From: Trichosphaerium sp. ATCC 40318 | Lineage: Eukaryota > Protista > Tubulinea | Direction: 5' to 3' | Length of the DNA: 64,000 bases | Assembly (NCBI GenBank): GCA_038496445.1 | Contig: JALMLS010000356.1 | Span: 85,973-149,972, forward strand | Shown here: positions 62,137-64,000 of the stretch, piece after piece | How the letters are laid out: every line of letters begins with the position of its first letter | Numbering within the stretch: the stretch's first letter is position 1 | The notes under the pieces: generated by a model | Seen by the model: the letters and a program-made list of their open reading frames with translations, nothing else | Databases searched by the model: none | What the model was told of the DNA's origin: nothing | Position numbers and translations under genes: made by a program

Positions 62137-64000
62137 TTACATAGGTACAAGCCCTAGTTGTTGCTGCTTTGTATAAACCAAACTAACATTACATAAAGTA
62201 CGTTTTTCCCAATAGCTATTCATTGTTTCAATATCTCCAGTGTCAAAGCAATATTGTAATACAACCAAGAAAGAATCAATGTTTATAACTTCTGGATTAT
62301 TTTCAAGTCCATCATCAAAGAACTTGAATAATTGTTTCTTTGTACCAGATGTTGCTATTAGTTTAATCATAATCTCATATGAACGTTGATCAATACCAAA
62401 ATTCTGTTGTATTGTCTTATATAGTTCAAGTCCTTTCTGTAAGTCACCAATCTTTAAGAAACCTTCAAGTAAAATATTTATCTGACTTGTATTTACTTTT
62501 ACTTTCATTATCTCACTCATTGTTTCTAAAAGTTCTGTAGCTGCTGGTATATCTTCACAAATACATGATATAGCTGTGTTTATATGAGGATCCTTATCAG
62601 AAAAAACAGAAGTAAGCATAACACACAAAACGTTACACAAAAAAAAGAATCAGAAAAGAAAAAAAAAAAAAAAAAGAAAAACTAAAAGCGTGTTCAAGCT
62701 CTTTTATGTTTTCAGGCAATAACTTGGCATCATTGTTTCCTCATGCGTAGTGATTACAGTGATGCAATTAAGAACACTTTCATCCGTCACGGGTTTTTTT
62801 TGTTGCTTGAGTTTGAAAAAGAATACGAAGACGTAGGTTTGGGTTTATACCTTGTCATCATCATTATCACCATAAATCGTGTCATTTATGAAGTTAATCA
62901 AAGATAATTTATACTCTTTTCTCTTTTCTTCTGATATAACAGACTCAAATATAGCTTTCCATAGAAATGCATAGGTTGCAAGTGTCTCGTCTAAATAGAG
63001 AAATGAGCCAAGAGCTTGAACCTAAAAAAAAACTGTCCCGAAAAAAATAGGCAAACACGGCCTTTGTTGTTATTATTATTTTGGAGTATGTAATAAAGTG
63101 TAATTACACTGGCAGTAGAAAGTGAATTAAAAGAAAATTGTGTGATTCTTGAGTCACCACGTGAAGAAAAAAACAAAAAAAACTAGATAAGTGCGTTTGG
63201 AGACTTCTTCTATTTTACCCTCCGCGCTGGCCAGAGAATAGTAGTTTGTAGTAAAATACGTAAAGTGTAGCAGATATAAATTGTAATAGATTATGCAAAC
63301 GTACGTTCAAGTGATTCAGCAAGGGCACGTTCAAACTCTTCCAAAGGCAATTCCATCAAAATAATAGAAAGAAGGTATGGACGTACAAAGTACTCTTTAC
63401 ACTCTATCATTTTACTCCTTATGGCCATAATATGTTGTAATAGATCATTAACACGTGGTACATCCTTTGATATTGTTAATGCTTTAAGGAACCCTTCAGC
63501 TATTATCGTAAAGTGCATATACACAGCACGTTTATGAAGTGCATGCCATAGTTCTGAAGCGCTCTTAATATCACCATTATATAAATAATTCTTTAAAAGA
63601 CAAGAAAACATTAAATGGGGTATCTCATTATCACGCTATGGAAAGGGTGTTAGAAAGACTGTAAGAAAAAACAGTTTGAAGAGGTTTTTTTTTTTTGTTT
63701 TGTAACACGTACAAGGTCTTTAGCTTGTAGACAAAGTTGGTAGAGTAAATATCCAGCTTCTCTATCACAAATAGATAGAGACAATGCCATTTGTTTGTAT
63801 AAAGCGGTTGCAACGTTGTGTAACGGTACATTACGTAGAGGTTCACAGAACTATGACTTAGTTAAAAAAACTGGCTTAATAGACTTAAAGAAAAGAAAGA
63901 AAAAAAACAGACAGACGTCTTGCTGAAGCTTCCAGGCAACCTTGATCAGAAAGAGGTTGTTATTTTTATACGACGTACTTTTACTATTTTTTCAACTTCC
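62137..64000 (-). CDS. Pentatricopeptide-repeat (PPR)-like protein, 5' part outside the window
   Basis: INILLEGFLKIGDLQKGLELYKTI, SYEIMIKLIATSG and FSCLLKNYLYNGDIKSASELW. Confidence 0.75.

Larger units (their letters stand above)
2013..63457. promoter_or_regulatory. Dispersed CACGTG (E-box/G-box) palindromes, about 64 copies, mostly intronic
   Basis: Manual count; often extended, for example TAAAATCACGTGATTTTA at 26120-26137 and TGTCACGTGACA at 23497-23508. Function is inferred, not shown. Confidence 0.6.

Noticed and set aside
1-64000. Alternative genetic code or stop-codon readthrough
   Set aside because: Apparent in-frame stops resolve as short introns, and genes end in TAA, TAG and TGA.

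Overview
This is eukaryotic, AT-rich, gene-dense genomic DNA using the standard genetic code, with many short GT-AG introns (about 40-50 nt) and some of 100-400 nt. Gene content (Rac/Rab GTPases, discoidin domain, GH5 cellulase, PPR, many F-box proteins) suggests a free-living amoeba-like protist, which is an inference. I spliced about 30 genes by hand, so exon boundaries are approximate. Recognisable genes are a FEX/CrcB fluoride channel, a GH79 heparanase-like enzyme, an ankyrin-PARP, a SOUL protein, a GH5 cellulase, an alpha/beta-hydrolase, two inverted paralogues of a plant-type NADKc kinase with an inserted thioredoxin domain, a purple acid phosphatase, two Rac copies, three atypical Rab/Ras genes and an F-box/MORN-variant repeat family. 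The main unexplained signals are four. (1) The palindrome CACGTG occurs about once per kb, roughly ten times the naive expectation and mostly in introns. (2) One protein has seven ~70-aa Trp-rich repeats fused to a C-terminal Vsr/EDxHD-like nuclease. (3) A thioredoxin domain is fused into NADKc. (4) Three GTPases appear to have replaced C-terminal prenylation with an N-terminal Met-Gly. I saw no rRNA, tRNA or CRISPR array.
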